IMG/VR virus record: IMGVR_UViG_3300042880_000408
Location: 6,736 to 70,735 of that record
Strand: one strand, 5' to 3'
Length of the DNA: 64,000 nt
From: a virus
Translations under genes and position numbers: made by a program
Notes under the pieces: generated by a model
Databases searched by the model: none
What the model saw: the letters and a program-made list of their open reading frames with translations, nothing else
Told to the model about the DNA's origin: nothing
Shown here: one piece after another, positions 53,259-63,824 of the stretch
How positions within the stretch are numbered: position 1 is the first letter of the stretch
Layout of the letters: every line of letters starts with the position of its first letter

Positions 53259-55163
53259 ATGTCGTCGCCTTTCTACGATCTAGTTCCAAAAGACCCTGTT
53301 GAAAACCTCAAGTGGCGAATCCGTTGCCGCGAGCGAGCTTTGGTCGACGAGCGATTCCGAGATGCCTTGATGCAGGCATGCGAGCTTGATGTTCTTTTCT
53401 TCTTTGCGTTCGCTCTGTGGGTGCATGAACCTCGAGCCAAGATTAAAACCAAGCCGTTCATCCCCTGGAAGCACCAAGAGTCCGTGATCACGATGATGGA
53501 CGATGCGATCACAGAGGCGATGAACATTGAACACCCCGTTTCAGTCACGATCAAGAAAAGCCGAGCCCAGGGGGGGACATACACGTATCTGGGGGTTCAA
53601 ATTCGCAGGGCGCTGATCGAAAAGGGATTTTCCACTGGATTGGTGACGCGGAATGAAAAGACGGTGGATTCCAAGGATCCGTCTGCGGTGATGAACAAGT
53701 TGTCGGAAATGCTCGACAAGCTTCCGTTTTGGATGCTGGGTGAGCCTTACCAGAGAAACACCACCGACCATACGATTCGCTTACCGAAAACCGATTCGGT
53801 GTGGATCGGATACTCGGCAACTGCTGACGTCGCTCGTGGTGGTCGAACGACGCTGTTCGCTTTCGACGAAGTTGGCTCGGAGGAGTTCATTTCCGGTGGG
53901 ATCGACTACAAGATCATGTCTAGCGTTGCCTATGTAACGAACTGCATATTCTTGTGCTCAACCTTCGGCGCCGATGCCGGCGTGTTCTACGAGTCTGCAA
54001 CCGATCCGGACAACCCGGGTGTATGCTCGCTCGATTGGCGAGACAATCCGGAGCATGCAAGGCTTTCGTACATCAGGAAAGACGGCGAATACAAGGCGGT
54101 CAATCCCGAAGACCAGGAAGAGGTTGATAAGTACATCGCATCGCACGAGCGAGAATTGCGATCGATCGAGCGAAAAGGCTTTAAGATCGATGGGAAGGTC
54201 AGATCGCCATGGTACGACTCGCACTGCTTGGCTCCCGGGGCGACTCCGAGGTACATTGCTCGAGAATTGGACATGGATCCAAAAGGATCGGCAGGAAAGG
54301 TGTTCATGCCCGATCTGCTCGACCGCATGAAAAAGGAGCACAGCAAAAAGCCAGTCTGGAGAGGGGTTCCAGTATTCGACAGCGAAACCCTCAAGCTTAC
54401 TGGATTGGTTCCTCGGGATGACGGCCCGTTGTCTCTTTGGTTCAAGCCAGGGATCGATGATAGCGTTCCTGCCGGCCCGTTTGCGATCGCTTGCGATATT
54501 GCATCAGGTGGCGTTGGTGCTTACTCCTCGAACTCTGTAGCTTCTGGACTGGACACTCGCACCGGCGAGCAGGTTCTTGAGTACGCGATCAAGGGACTTG
54601 AGCCAAGACCGTTTGCGAGGATGGTGGTCGGTCTGAGCTTGTGGATGCGAAAGGCGCTTCTTGGATGGGAAGACTCCGGAGTGTCCGGTGGCTTTGCAAA
54701 GGAAGTTGTCGAGGTATGCAACTACGGCAATGTCTATTACCGCGAGGTCATGCAGCTCGGGTCGCAGAAGAAAAGTCGCAAAGCTGGGTTTCCATGCCGA
54801 GACGCGGACAAGTCGGACATGTTCGAACGGTTTGCGTTAGCGATGGAGCAAGGTAGCTACATTCCGCGATCGGAAGAGATGCTTACTGAGTGCGGCGAGT
54901 ACGAATGGGACGGAGGCAAGATCATCCATGCACCGACCAAGAATAAGGGTGCTACGGAGAAGAATCACGGCGACCGAGCGATCTCTGCCGCTGGCGTGTG
55001 GCTTGTCTTCGCAAGCGATTATTTGGTCGGTAAAGTTGACAGTGACGTTGAAACAGGTCAGAATCCAGAATATGGTAGCTTCTTATGGAGGGAGCAGCAG
55101 GAGAGACGCAAGGTGAATGCTGGTAGTCCGAGTTACGGAATACGCAACGTACTGCGATCTTGA
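53259..55163 (+). CDS. terL: Terminase large subunit
   Basis: KSRAQGGT Walker A, FAFDE Walker B, IACDIASG and HGDRAIS nuclease motifs. Confidence 0.9.
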   Translation: MSSPFYDLVPKDPVENLKWRIRCRERALVDERFRDALMQACELDVLFFFAFALWVHEPRAKIKTKPFIPWKHQESVITMMDDAITEAMNIEHPVSVTIKKSRAQGGTYTYLGVQIRRALIEKGFSTGLVTRNEKTVDSKDPSAVMNKLSEMLDKLPFWMLGEPYQRNTTDHTIRLPKTDSVWIGYSATADVARGGRTTLFAFDEVGSEEFISGGIDYKIMSSVAYVTNCIFLCSTFGADAGVFYESATDPDNPGVCSLDWRDNPEHARLSYIRKDGEYKAVNPEDQEEVDKYIASHERELRSIERKGFKIDGKVRSPWYDSHCLAPGATPRYIARELDMDPKGSAGKVFMPDLLDRMKKEHSKKPVWRGVPVFDSETLKLTGLVPRDDGPLSLWFKPGIDDSVPAGPFAIACDIASGGVGAYSSNSVASGLDTRTGEQVLEYAIKGLEPRPFARMVVGLSLWMRKALLGWEDSGVSGGFAKEVVEVCNYGNVYYREVMQLGSQKKSRKAGFPCRDADKSDMFERFALAMEQGSYIPRSEEMLTECGEYEWDGGKIIHAPTKNKGATEKNHGDRAISAAGVWLVFASDYLVGKVDSDVETGQNPEYGSFLWREQQERRKVNAGSPSYGIRNVLRS

Positions 55164-55195
55164 TTTCAAGGATAAAACCTGAAGGATAGTGCAAG

Positions 55196-55378
55196 ATGGA
55201 AAACGAGATTAACGAAAAAGCTGATCAAGCAATCGCCAAGATGTTCGATCAGGCAAAGGCTCAACCCGACCCGCAGAAAGCTTTGCACTACTCGCAAGCT
55301 GCGTTGAACATGGCGCATGCAAAGTCTGTTCTCGAGGGGATTAAATCCCCACAAAAGAAAAGCCCGACTGACAAGTAG
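55196..55378 (+). CDS. Small hypothetical protein
   Basis: 60 aa with RBS; ALHYSQAALNMAHA. Confidence 0.55.
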   Translation: MENEINEKADQAIAKMFDQAKAQPDPQKALHYSQAALNMAHAKSVLEGIKSPQKKSPTDK

Positions 55379-55390
55379 TCAGTGGGTTTT
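55358..55390 (+). terminator. Terminator-like hairpin
   Basis: GCCC-G-ACTGAC/GTCAGT-GGGT with flanking A and T runs. Confidence 0.55.
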
Positions 55391-55457
55391 AGTGGATGGC
55401 TGGAGTTAGAACCCAGTTGAAATAAACGGAAAAATTCCGAAACAATTTCGACTGTAA

Positions 55458-57248
55458 ATGTTTGACCTATCCAATCCTGAAAAGCTGAGCAGACTGCACA
55501 AGGCGATACGCTCCTCGCGTGACGCATTGGAGCCTTTTCGTCGTGTTCGCAAGGAACTGATCAAGGATTATGTCGGCTCTTGGTACGCTGAATCCGGCGC
55601 TGAGAGCAAGACAATGGTTAACCTAATTAACCAGACAGCTCGCATTTACACGATTGCGTTAGCTGCAAACAATCCTAAGGTGTTGGTGTCCACACCTCGA
55701 GTCGAAACCCTGCCGTTTGCTAGGCGATTTGAAGTCAATCTGAGCAAGCTTATAGGCGACATGTCGCTTGATAAGACTTTCCGCTCAATCGTCATGGATG
55801 CGTTCTTCTGCCTCGGCTGTGGTGTCACCATGATGCGTGATACCGACACGAGGTTTCATGGACTGCTTGGGGCTGAGGAAGATGTCTGGCTGGATCCAGG
55901 TGAGCCATGGTTCAATAGGGTTTCGCTCGACGATCTGATTCTTGACATGCCGGCTAAAGAGCTGAGCAAAATGCGATACTGCGGTCATCGCTACCGAGCT
56001 GACTATGAAAAGGTCATGGATGAGCCCGGTTACAACAAGAAGGCAAAAGAAAAGCTGAAGCCAACATCGCGAGAGCATCATGATTCTGTGGGTGCAGCGA
56101 GAGACATTGCCTCTGATTGGGGGAGTGCAGAAGACGACGACCTGAAAGATATGGTCTGGTTGATGGACGTTTGGATCGCGGAAAACAACTCCATTGTGAC
56201 AATGGCGTGCGATCAGGAGGGAATCCCACCACTGATTGAGCGCAAATGGATCGGATCGCAAGCCGGCCCATACAAATTCCTTTCGCTCGGTGACACTCCG
56301 GACAACATTATTCCAACATCTCCGGCAATCAACCTCAAGGGTATGCACGATCTTCAGAATCGATTGCATAGGCGGATGGAAGAGGATTCAGACGCTCACC
56401 GCGTCGTAAATGTCTATCCTCCTGGCATGGATGACGAGGCTGAAAGGCTTAGAACTGCTCAAAGAAATGGTTGGTATCGCGCCAGGAATCCAGAGCAAAT
56501 TAAGCAATTCGAGAGTGGTGGTGTTGATCAGCGAGACATGGCTTTAGCTACGTTCTTGCAAGGCGAATTTGATCGGTTTGCTGGAAACTTGCAGGCGATG
56601 GGCGGTCTCGGTCAGCAAGCTTCGACGCTGGGTCAGGAAGAATTGATACACGGAAACGTTTCCAAAAACGTGGCAGACATGCGAATGGCGGTTGTCAACT
56701 TCGCCTCTGAGTGCATTCTCGATCTCGGAAGGCTGATGTGGGAAGACGCTTCGCTCGAGTTGAAAACGTCGATGCCTGTTGGAAATGCTGGGGTCATGGT
56801 CGATTCCGACTGGACTCCAGATTACCGAGTTGGAAATTTTGAGGATTACGAATTCCGAGTCGAGCCATATTCGATGGTGTTCAAGACTCCAGAGCAGAAG
56901 CTTCAAGAGTTGTTTCAAGTGTTGCGCGAGATCGCTCCGCTTTGGCCGATGTTCCAGGCTTCCGGTGCGACGATCGATGCGCAGGCAATTGTTGAGGAAA
57001 TAGCTCGCCTGAAGAACCGTCCGGAGTTTGAGAAATTCATTACGTTCGCCTCGCCTGCTGCGATGCTTGGTGGAGACGAGAACACGATCAGGCAGTCTCC
57101 GGTGACAACGAGAGAGACGATTCGAAGGAACGTTAGCAGCGGCGGCACAGAGCAAGCTAGAAACAACGCGATGATACAAACATTGATGGGCGGAAGTCCG
57201 CAGATCAATTCGCAGCAAAGAAGCTCAATGTTGCAGGGGATGGGGTGA
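55458..57248 (+). CDS. Portal protein
   Basis: 596 aa directly after terL; size, position and helical layout typical of podovirus-type portals. Confidence 0.75.
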   Translation: MFDLSNPEKLSRLHKAIRSSRDALEPFRRVRKELIKDYVGSWYAESGAESKTMVNLINQTARIYTIALAANNPKVLVSTPRVETLPFARRFEVNLSKLIGDMSLDKTFRSIVMDAFFCLGCGVTMMRDTDTRFHGLLGAEEDVWLDPGEPWFNRVSLDDLILDMPAKELSKMRYCGHRYRADYEKVMDEPGYNKKAKEKLKPTSREHHDSVGAARDIASDWGSAEDDDLKDMVWLMDVWIAENNSIVTMACDQEGIPPLIERKWIGSQAGPYKFLSLGDTPDNIIPTSPAINLKGMHDLQNRLHRRMEEDSDAHRVVNVYPPGMDDEAERLRTAQRNGWYRARNPEQIKQFESGGVDQRDMALATFLQGEFDRFAGNLQAMGGLGQQASTLGQEELIHGNVSKNVADMRMAVVNFASECILDLGRLMWEDASLELKTSMPVGNAGVMVDSDWTPDYRVGNFEDYEFRVEPYSMVFKTPEQKLQELFQVLREIAPLWPMFQASGATIDAQAIVEEIARLKNRPEFEKFITFASPAAMLGGDENTIRQSPVTTRETIRRNVSSGGTEQARNNAMIQTLMGGSPQINSQQRSSMLQGMG

Positions 57249-57571
57249 TGAGCGGAGTAGTTTACAAATACAACGGAAGAAACGTATCGGAGTCCGAACT
57301 GGACGAGCTTATTCCTCGCAAGAGCAATTGGCTTGAACGCCCGGCAATGGCTTCGAACACGTACACGGAACACGATCCTTTGGTGTCTGAGGGTTGTGGA
57401 GTCATGAAGAGTCAGGTTGGTGAAACTCGCGACCTGATTAAGAGACACAATATTCAGGGTGCTGCTGTCCTGAACAGCGGTCAAGTGCAGTTTACGAGTC
57501 GTCGCGCACGCAATGAGTTTTTGCGGATGCGCGGTTTCAGAGATTTAGATGGAGGATTTGGTGATGAGTAG
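57245..57571 (+). CDS. Hypothetical head-module protein
   Basis: Between portal and scaffold; FTSRRARNEFLR.RG..D. Confidence 0.6.
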   Translation: MMSGVVYKYNGRNVSESELDELIPRKSNWLERPAMASNTYTEHDPLVSEGCGVMKSQVGETRDLIKRHNIQGAAVLNSGQVQFTSRRARNEFLRMRGFRDLDGGFGDE

Positions 57572-58541
57572 CGAAGTTGAATTGAACGAAAACATGACCA
57601 CTGATGAAATCGTCGCGTATGCTGACACCATAGCCAAAGAGGTTGCGGCTGAGCGACAAGGTGAACGCAAGTCAGACGCTGCGATCGTGGCTGACACCGC
57701 GTCAGTGAACAAAACATCTGCCGAGAACAATTCCGGCAGTAAAGCCGTCCCTGAAGAAGATCGGGACGAGGGTTCCGGCGAAAGCCATTCGTCGCCCAAG
57801 TGGGTAGATGACAAGGTTAAAGCCGAGGTTGCCGCGTATGGCATTGATGAGTCCGATTTGTCGGATTTCGCCAGTCGCGAGGAGTTGGATAAGGCTTTGA
57901 AGCTTTTGGATAAAAAGGCTTTTGAGGCAGGCCGAAAGGCAATTGCTGATGAAGATGCTGGTCAGACTCGAAACGAGAGGGGTCAGTTTTCCAGAAATGA
58001 AGAGCTTTGGGATGATGAGCAGGAACCACCCAAGAAGAGTGGCGATCGCTACGAGGTGTCCTTAAGCAAAGAAGATTACGACGACGAGATTGTCGATGAG
58101 TTCACGCGATTGCGTGACCATTACGAAGATCGCTTAAAGCGATTGGAATCTCGGTTCGCTGATGCGAACGCAAGAGCTGAGGATCAGCAATTCGACACTT
58201 ATGTTGATTCGCTCGATTACTCGGAGCTGTTCGGGAAGACCGGCAGTGAATCCAACAAGGAGCTTGAGCGGCGCAAGGAATTGCATGTTGCCGTCAGGGC
58301 GCAATTGATTGGTCTCGAGCGTCTTGGTCGACCTGCTGAACTTACTGACCAGTTGGTAAGTCGAGTCGCGAACATGGTGTTCGCTGACGAAATGACAAAG
58401 AAACGTTTGAAGCAACACACCCAGAAGATTTCAAGGCAAAGCCAACTTCGCCAGGGCGGAAGTCCAACGAAGCCGCTTCCTCCTGGAGAAAATCCTCGAG
58501 AGCAGTTTGATCGGCTTTACAATGAAATGCAAAGGTCATAA
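57564..58541 (+). CDS. Capsid scaffolding protein
   Basis: Acidic, helical, RNERGQF motif, directly upstream of the capsid gene; GGAGG RBS. Confidence 0.65.
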   Translation: MSSEVELNENMTTDEIVAYADTIAKEVAAERQGERKSDAAIVADTASVNKTSAENNSGSKAVPEEDRDEGSGESHSSPKWVDDKVKAEVAAYGIDESDLSDFASREELDKALKLLDKKAFEAGRKAIADEDAGQTRNERGQFSRNEELWDDEQEPPKKSGDRYEVSLSKEDYDDEIVDEFTRLRDHYEDRLKRLESRFADANARAEDQQFDTYVDSLDYSELFGKTGSESNKELERRKELHVAVRAQLIGLERLGRPAELTDQLVSRVANMVFADEMTKKRLKQHTQKISRQSQLRQGGSPTKPLPPGENPREQFDRLYNEMQRS

Positions 58542-58562
58542 CTGAAAAGGATTTAGCCACAA

Positions 58563-59681
58563 ATGGCACTATCGATTGAACAAATTGACGATTTCGTTAA
58601 CAGCATTCATCAAAAGTTTGCTGGTGAAGAGTCCCTTGCAGCGCAGGACTTGTCCTTGCCGTTGCAGAACTACAAGTATGCATCGCGGCTTTTCTCGGGC
58701 AACCTGAAGAAAGACACGATGAGTACATCGCAGTGCAAGTGGAAGGTCAAGGTCAACACCAATGACAACTTCCAGACGGTCGGTCTGTACCACCGAGATT
58801 CTTCGACTCGGGTGAACACCCTCGATGAAGGCGAGTTGAAGTGGGCGTTGACCACGAACAACTATCATTACGACATCGACGAAGAGATCTTCCGAACTGG
58901 CGGAAAGCAGATTTACGATTACATCGAGGACATGGAACGTGACCTCATGACGTCGTTCTACACCGGCATGGAGGATTTGGTGTTCGGCCCAGGCCCGGTC
59001 GGCCCAACGCAAACACCGTTTTCGGTTGCTTCGCTCTTGTGGTGGATTACCGCTACGAACGATAGCGTGACTGAGAACAATGCCCCAGAAGGCTTCAATG
59101 GCTTCGAGCCAGTTGGTTGGGGAGCAAACGGTGTTGGAGGCATTTCCTGCTCGCAGTACCCACAATGGCGCAATCGTACTTTCCCGTACACCAGCGTCAC
59201 TCGAAGTGACTTCGTTGAAAAGACTATCAATTCGATGGATCTCTGCCAGTTCACTCCTCCCGTTCAGCGACCAGACATCGTTGACCAGAAGCGAAGCGAT
59301 TGGGAGCTTTTGACCACTCACAGCGTTTTGGCTAACGGTCGACGACTGTTGCAACTCGGCAACGACAACATTGGCGATGACATGGCTGCACACAGCGGCA
59401 CGGTGTACATTCGCGGTGTACCAATGACCTGGGTTCCAGCCTGGACGAACCAAGCGAGCGTTAACGCACGTACGGATGGTATCATCCTTGGTGTTAACTG
59501 GGCGACATTCCGAGCGTACTACGCTGCTGGTCGGCAGATGCGCAAGCGAAAGGCGTTCCAGCACCCAGAAATGAGCAACGTTCGCGTTCGCTGCATGGAT
59601 GACTCGGTTCAGATGGTTTGCTTCAATCGCCGTGGAAACTTCCGTGGCTATTGCACCCAAACCGTGACCGAAACTGCGTAG
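58563..59681 (+). CDS. Major capsid protein
   Basis: 372 aa after the scaffold; ...RGVPMTWVP...GVNW...CFNRR C-terminal pattern. Confidence 0.75.
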   Translation: MALSIEQIDDFVNSIHQKFAGEESLAAQDLSLPLQNYKYASRLFSGNLKKDTMSTSQCKWKVKVNTNDNFQTVGLYHRDSSTRVNTLDEGELKWALTTNNYHYDIDEEIFRTGGKQIYDYIEDMERDLMTSFYTGMEDLVFGPGPVGPTQTPFSVASLLWWITATNDSVTENNAPEGFNGFEPVGWGANGVGGISCSQYPQWRNRTFPYTSVTRSDFVEKTINSMDLCQFTPPVQRPDIVDQKRSDWELLTTHSVLANGRRLLQLGNDNIGDDMAAHSGTVYIRGVPMTWVPAWTNQASVNARTDGIILGVNWATFRAYYAAGRQMRKRKAFQHPEMSNVRVRCMDDSVQMVCFNRRGNFRGYCTQTVTETA

Positions 59682-59803
59682 TTCTCGATCTGACCTAGTG
59701 TCAGTGGAGATGTCGACGACGGGCGCGACATTAAATTACGCCCGTCATTTTTCGATATGGGACAACGCCCACCCAAAGCTGGGACAATCCCGCAACTTTC
59801 CTG

Positions 59804-60670
59804 ATGGGGAATACTATGATTAGTTACGAAGAGTTGGAAATTGGATACCTTCCGAGCACCAAAGTTTGGAAAAACATCCCGTCTCCGTTGATGTTTAATC
59901 CGTGGGGTGCTTCTTCGGTATCTCATTCTGGAAACCCAGCGTTTGGGTTTTGTGATCACTTCCACTCGTTTCATGCGACCACGGCAGAAGGCCCGTACCG
60001 AAAAGTTGTTGGGCTTAATTGTTCGATCGAGCAAATTGCCGACACGAACACCGAGAAGGGATTGATTCAGCTTGCGATTGATGGAAACGCCGCAAACGAC
60101 GAAGCAGTTCTTCAGTGGGGTCGCGGTCACGGGGCTCCGTTTTTGCTGGCAAACAACGACTTGGCTTTTGAGTGTCGGCTGAGCGTCAGTGCGGTCAATG
60201 CTTTGAAGTGGTCGTGGGCGGTTGGTCTTGCCAACGTTGGTGCGGGTGCGACCGATGGATTGTTTGCGGACACCACTGGTCTCCACGTTGCTGCAAGTTC
60301 GTTCGTCGGGTTTTCCCACCTTTCCGCAGAAGGTGCTGCTGTCGACGGTGCGTATAAAGCCGCCAGTCAGACGCTCCAGGATGGGTCGACGAAGACCAAG
60401 CTAAATGCCCTGGCGAACATGGTGGCAGACACCTATGTAAAGCTTGGGTTTCGCTACCGAGCTGTTCCAAAGACGGTCGAATACTACGTCAATGGCGTGT
60501 TGGCAGGAACGGGTTCCGCTCCTGCTCGGCTGACTTCGGCGGAAATCGACGCGGCTACTTTCCCAGACGACGTTTTGATGGCTCCGATCATCGGTATCAA
60601 GGATATCGGTGGAAACGCTGCCCTTAATTTGAAGGTCGACTGGATCGCTTGCGCTCAATTGTTGCTGTAA
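59804..60670 (+). CDS. Virion structural protein (capsid decoration/beta-sandwich)
   Basis: Ala/Gly-rich, FCDHF...YVKLGF...YYVNGV...VDWI pattern, follows the capsid gene. Confidence 0.55.
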   Translation: MGNTMISYEELEIGYLPSTKVWKNIPSPLMFNPWGASSVSHSGNPAFGFCDHFHSFHATTAEGPYRKVVGLNCSIEQIADTNTEKGLIQLAIDGNAANDEAVLQWGRGHGAPFLLANNDLAFECRLSVSAVNALKWSWAVGLANVGAGATDGLFADTTGLHVAASSFVGFSHLSAEGAAVDGAYKAASQTLQDGSTKTKLNALANMVADTYVKLGFRYRAVPKTVEYYVNGVLAGTGSAPARLTSAEIDAATFPDDVLMAPIIGIKDIGGNAALNLKVDWIACAQLLL

Positions 60671-60765
60671 GCGATTGCTTCGCGTAAGTAGTCCTGGGGG
60701 GCAGGCATGAGCCTGTCCCCCGGTGTTGTCGAGTCTTATCTATCTGAATTCTTTCGGTAAGCACC

Positions 60766-61695
60766 ATGCACGATACCAGCCCTCCAGTTTTTTTACCTCC
60801 AGACTTGGTTTCAGAAGTCCAAACGTTTGCCGCACCTAGCAATCTTTGGCATCTTCCGAAGGAAGTATTTGATCCGATCTGGAAGCGAGTAACTGGTGCT
60901 TCAGTGCGTGTCGCGGTGCTTGACACTGGAATGAATTCACACGACATCCTTCCTGAACCAGTAGAGGCAAAATCGTTTATCCGGAATGAAAACTGGAGAG
61001 ACGGCAATGGACATGGGACGCATTGCGCGGGAACAGTGCTTGGGAGAGAGGGCATCGGGCTGGCTCCTGCTGCGTCTCTGCTGGTCGGGAAGGTTTTAGC
61101 AAACAACGGTAGCGGTTCTTCCGAAGGTATCGCTCAAGGTATTTTGTGGGCTGTTGACGCGGGAGCGGATGTGATTTCCATGTCCCTCGGTTCGGGCAGT
61201 CCGTACGCTCCCATGCAGTCGGCTTTGAAGTACGCATGGCAAAAGGGAGTCATTGTCGTTTCTGCTGCCGGCAACTCAGGGTTCACTGGAAGAAACAATA
61301 CAATTGGATACCCTGCAAAGTATCCAGAATCGCTTTGCATCGGTGCGTATCGACAAGACGGTCAGCGAGCATCGTTCTCATCTGGCGGTCGTGAACTGGA
61401 CATGTGCTGCCCGGGACAGGATATCATCTCGTGCTCGACTACGAATGGCTATCGAGGTATGTCGGGAACGAGCATGGCGACTCCGTTCTCGGCAGGTTTG
61501 TTTGCCCTGATCATCGAATTGATGCGCAGGGAAGGTCATGCGGCTTTCACTGGCGTGGAAGCTGTTCGGAAGTTTCTGGCTCAGTACACTCAAGATAAGG
61601 GCGACCCTGGACACGATCCGTTTTGGGGATTCGGCATTCCGAAGACTCAGGACATCATCTCGGCTCTCGTTAACGATCAGATCACGTTTTTGTAA
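60766..61695 (+). CDS. S8 subtilisin-family serine protease
   Basis: VAVLDTG, HGTHCAG, AAGN, SGTSMATP catalytic motifs; no signal peptide. Confidence 0.95.
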   Translation: MHDTSPPVFLPPDLVSEVQTFAAPSNLWHLPKEVFDPIWKRVTGASVRVAVLDTGMNSHDILPEPVEAKSFIRNENWRDGNGHGTHCAGTVLGREGIGLAPAASLLVGKVLANNGSGSSEGIAQGILWAVDAGADVISMSLGSGSPYAPMQSALKYAWQKGVIVVSAAGNSGFTGRNNTIGYPAKYPESLCIGAYRQDGQRASFSSGGRELDMCCPGQDIISCSTTNGYRGMSGTSMATPFSAGLFALIIELMRREGHAAFTGVEAVRKFLAQYTQDKGDPGHDPFWGFGIPKTQDIISALVNDQITFL

Positions 61696-61756
61696 TTGCT
61701 TCTGCGTTGTTGCGGTAGCAAAGGTTAGCTAGTCCCATTTTAGTAAGGTTTTCACC

Positions 61757-62134
61757 ATGTCGTGCGAAAGCAAATTCAGCTCGGACGTATCTCTTTCTTG
61801 CATTCTTGGCTTGGTTGCCGATATTCGAAAAGGAATCACTCCAGCCACAATCGCTCAGGCTCTTTGGGTCGCCGGTTGCTTGATCACAAAACTTTCCCCA
61901 TCGGAAGCTGCTGACGGCACTCCAGAAGCTGGCATCGCGTCAGAAGCGAGCCTTGAGGATCTTCTCAACACTGTTGAACTCGAATGCGAAGGTCTTCAGC
62001 GAGAGGCTTCTGTGGCTGCAATGGCGAGCCCAGTTGCTGATACGCAAGGCTGGGAAGTGCTTATTCCGCTGTTTCTTGAGTTGGTCAAGATAATCATCGA
62101 GAACCGCAAGAAAAAGCAGCAACCTTCTGCTTAA
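61757..62134 (+). CDS. Hypothetical protein with amphipathic C-terminus
   Basis: WEVLIPLFLELVKIIIENRKKK. Confidence 0.55.
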   Translation: MSCESKFSSDVSLSCILGLVADIRKGITPATIAQALWVAGCLITKLSPSEAADGTPEAGIASEASLEDLLNTVELECEGLQREASVAAMASPVADTQGWEVLIPLFLELVKIIIENRKKKQQPSA

Positions 62135-62216
62135 GCTGCTGGTCAGACCATTTAACGAGCGGCGTATCAGTGCGCCGCTCTTCCTCGGACAACTCCCTCA
62201 AATCTCGGAATCACCC

Positions 62217-62930
62217 ATGCGACCCCTGCTTCTTTTTTTACTTTCAGTCCTGCCGGTTATGGGGCAGGATATCAAGGCAACGATCAAAGGCCCAACGACA
62301 GCTCTTGCTGGAACTCTTGTGTTCTTGTCGCATGAGGATTCGGTCGGTGACAACAAAGTCTGGATCATTCCGGAAGACCTGAAGTCGCAATCAGCTTCAT
62401 GCGGAGCGAACGTGTTCTTCTCGATACCGACACCCGGGAAGTATCAGTTCGGTTTGATTGTTGCCGACAAGCAGGCAAACATCACGTACAGTTGGCACAC
62501 AATAAACGTTACCTCGCCGATCGCTCCGACGCCTCCGTTTCAACCACCTACGCAGCCACCAGTCCAGCCGCCAGTTCCGCCTCCGGTTACATCTCCAAGC
62601 TACGAATCGATTCGGCTCACATCTAGGGCGGCGGTGGATACTTTGCAAGACGCAGCCACAACGTCGCTGTTAGCCGGATCTCTCACCGGACTTCTTCCAA
62701 AGCTTCCGAATTATCTGCCCGACGCTAAAGGCATGGTAACTAGCACGATCGAGACATGCTTTCTGATGAGGCAACCAACGAGTCGTTCAAAAGACTGGCT
62801 GAACGTATGGAGAATTCCTGTTGACAAGGAGATCGCAAAAGCCAATCCGCAGACCGTCGACGAGTTCAAGGAATGCCTGAAAGCGGCGATCCGTGGACTG
62901 TGCGTCAATGGAAATTGCCCGAATCCGTAA
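62217..62930 (+). CDS. Secreted protein, Ig/PKD-like domain plus Pro-rich linker
   Basis: Signal peptide, PTPGKYQFGLIV, PPTQPPVQPPVPPP linker. Confidence 0.6.
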   Translation: MRPLLLFLLSVLPVMGQDIKATIKGPTTALAGTLVFLSHEDSVGDNKVWIIPEDLKSQSASCGANVFFSIPTPGKYQFGLIVADKQANITYSWHTINVTSPIAPTPPFQPPTQPPVQPPVPPPVTSPSYESIRLTSRAAVDTLQDAATTSLLAGSLTGLLPKLPNYLPDAKGMVTSTIETCFLMRQPTSRSKDWLNVWRIPVDKEIAKANPQTVDEFKECLKAAIRGLCVNGNCPNP

Positions 62931-62971
62931 TCACGCCATCAACACCCCACCAATGCGCAGAAAGTTGAGCC

Positions 62972-63277
62972 TTGAAGATGAATGACGAAACGCTGAAATG
63001 GATTTTTAACAACGGACTTGCAGTTTCGATCATCGTTGCGATTTTCTACGGGATCTGGACGGGATTGCGAGCGTTGTTCACGGTCATTTTGATTCCGATG
63101 AAAGATGCTGCGATATCGCTTTTTCATTCGCAAACAGAGAATCTCGAAGAGCAAAGCACAATGATGCGAAAGCAAGGCGAGATGATGGAAAAGCAAGGCG
63201 AGACAATGAACTTGGTTTGCCTTGAGTTGCGAGAGTGCAGGAATGACATCGCGCATATCAAGCAACGTGTGAGCTAG
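62972..63277 (+). CDS. Holin-like membrane protein
   Basis: N-terminal hydrophobic helices plus coiled-coil C-terminus. Confidence 0.45.
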   Translation: MKMNDETLKWIFNNGLAVSIIVAIFYGIWTGLRALFTVILIPMKDAAISLFHSQTENLEEQSTMMRKQGEMMEKQGETMNLVCLELRECRNDIAHIKQRVS

Positions 63278-63314
63278 TGTTTTAATTCGCCGTAAACAAA
63301 CGAAGAGCTTTGCG

Positions 63315-63824
63315 ATGGAAATCTCAGACCTAATCAAGCAAATTGAAGGATGGCAATCCAAGACAATTCAAGAAGTATGGTTTGATTTGAACGCTCCAAA
63401 TGTTCACTTCATCGATTCTAGTTTGTGGACTTGGAGCGGCATTGCAGACATTCTGGGGAATGCTTCCACTGACGCTCTTCGACATGCCCTGGAGAACTTT
63501 GGATCGAAATGGGCTCTATATGCGTTAGGTGGCACTGGCTTGCCTCTGGCTCGCCAAGACATTCAGGAAAAGCTGTATTCTTTGCATGAGTCTGGCGTTG
63601 TTCCAGGTGCAGACAAACTAGCGTTGGAAGTGAATCGAATGGAGTCTGTCCTACAGAACCACAAGATCACAGCGACTTTGGAAGATGTAGATGCTGCTTT
63701 GGAGTCGTTGAAGCTGGAGTTGCTGCGACAAGCGAAAGATGACTCGTGGCAGGACAGGCTGCAAGCGGCAAGAGAGAAGCTGACAAAGTGGAATGGTGAT
63801 CCAGCAACGGAGCCACGGTTGTGA
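63315..63824 (+). CDS. Hypothetical protein
   Basis: 169-aa ORF in the late operon. Confidence 0.55.
   Translation: MEISDLIKQIEGWQSKTIQEVWFDLNAPNVHFIDSSLWTWSGIADILGNASTDALRHALENFGSKWALYALGGTGLPLARQDIQEKLYSLHESGVVPGADKLALEVNRMESVLQNHKITATLEDVDAALESLKLELLRQAKDDSWQDRLQAAREKLTKWNGDPATEPRL

Noticed and set aside
58569-59660. 363-aa antisense ORF over the capsid gene
   Set aside because: Exact shadow of a codon-biased gene; no RBS or recognisable motifs
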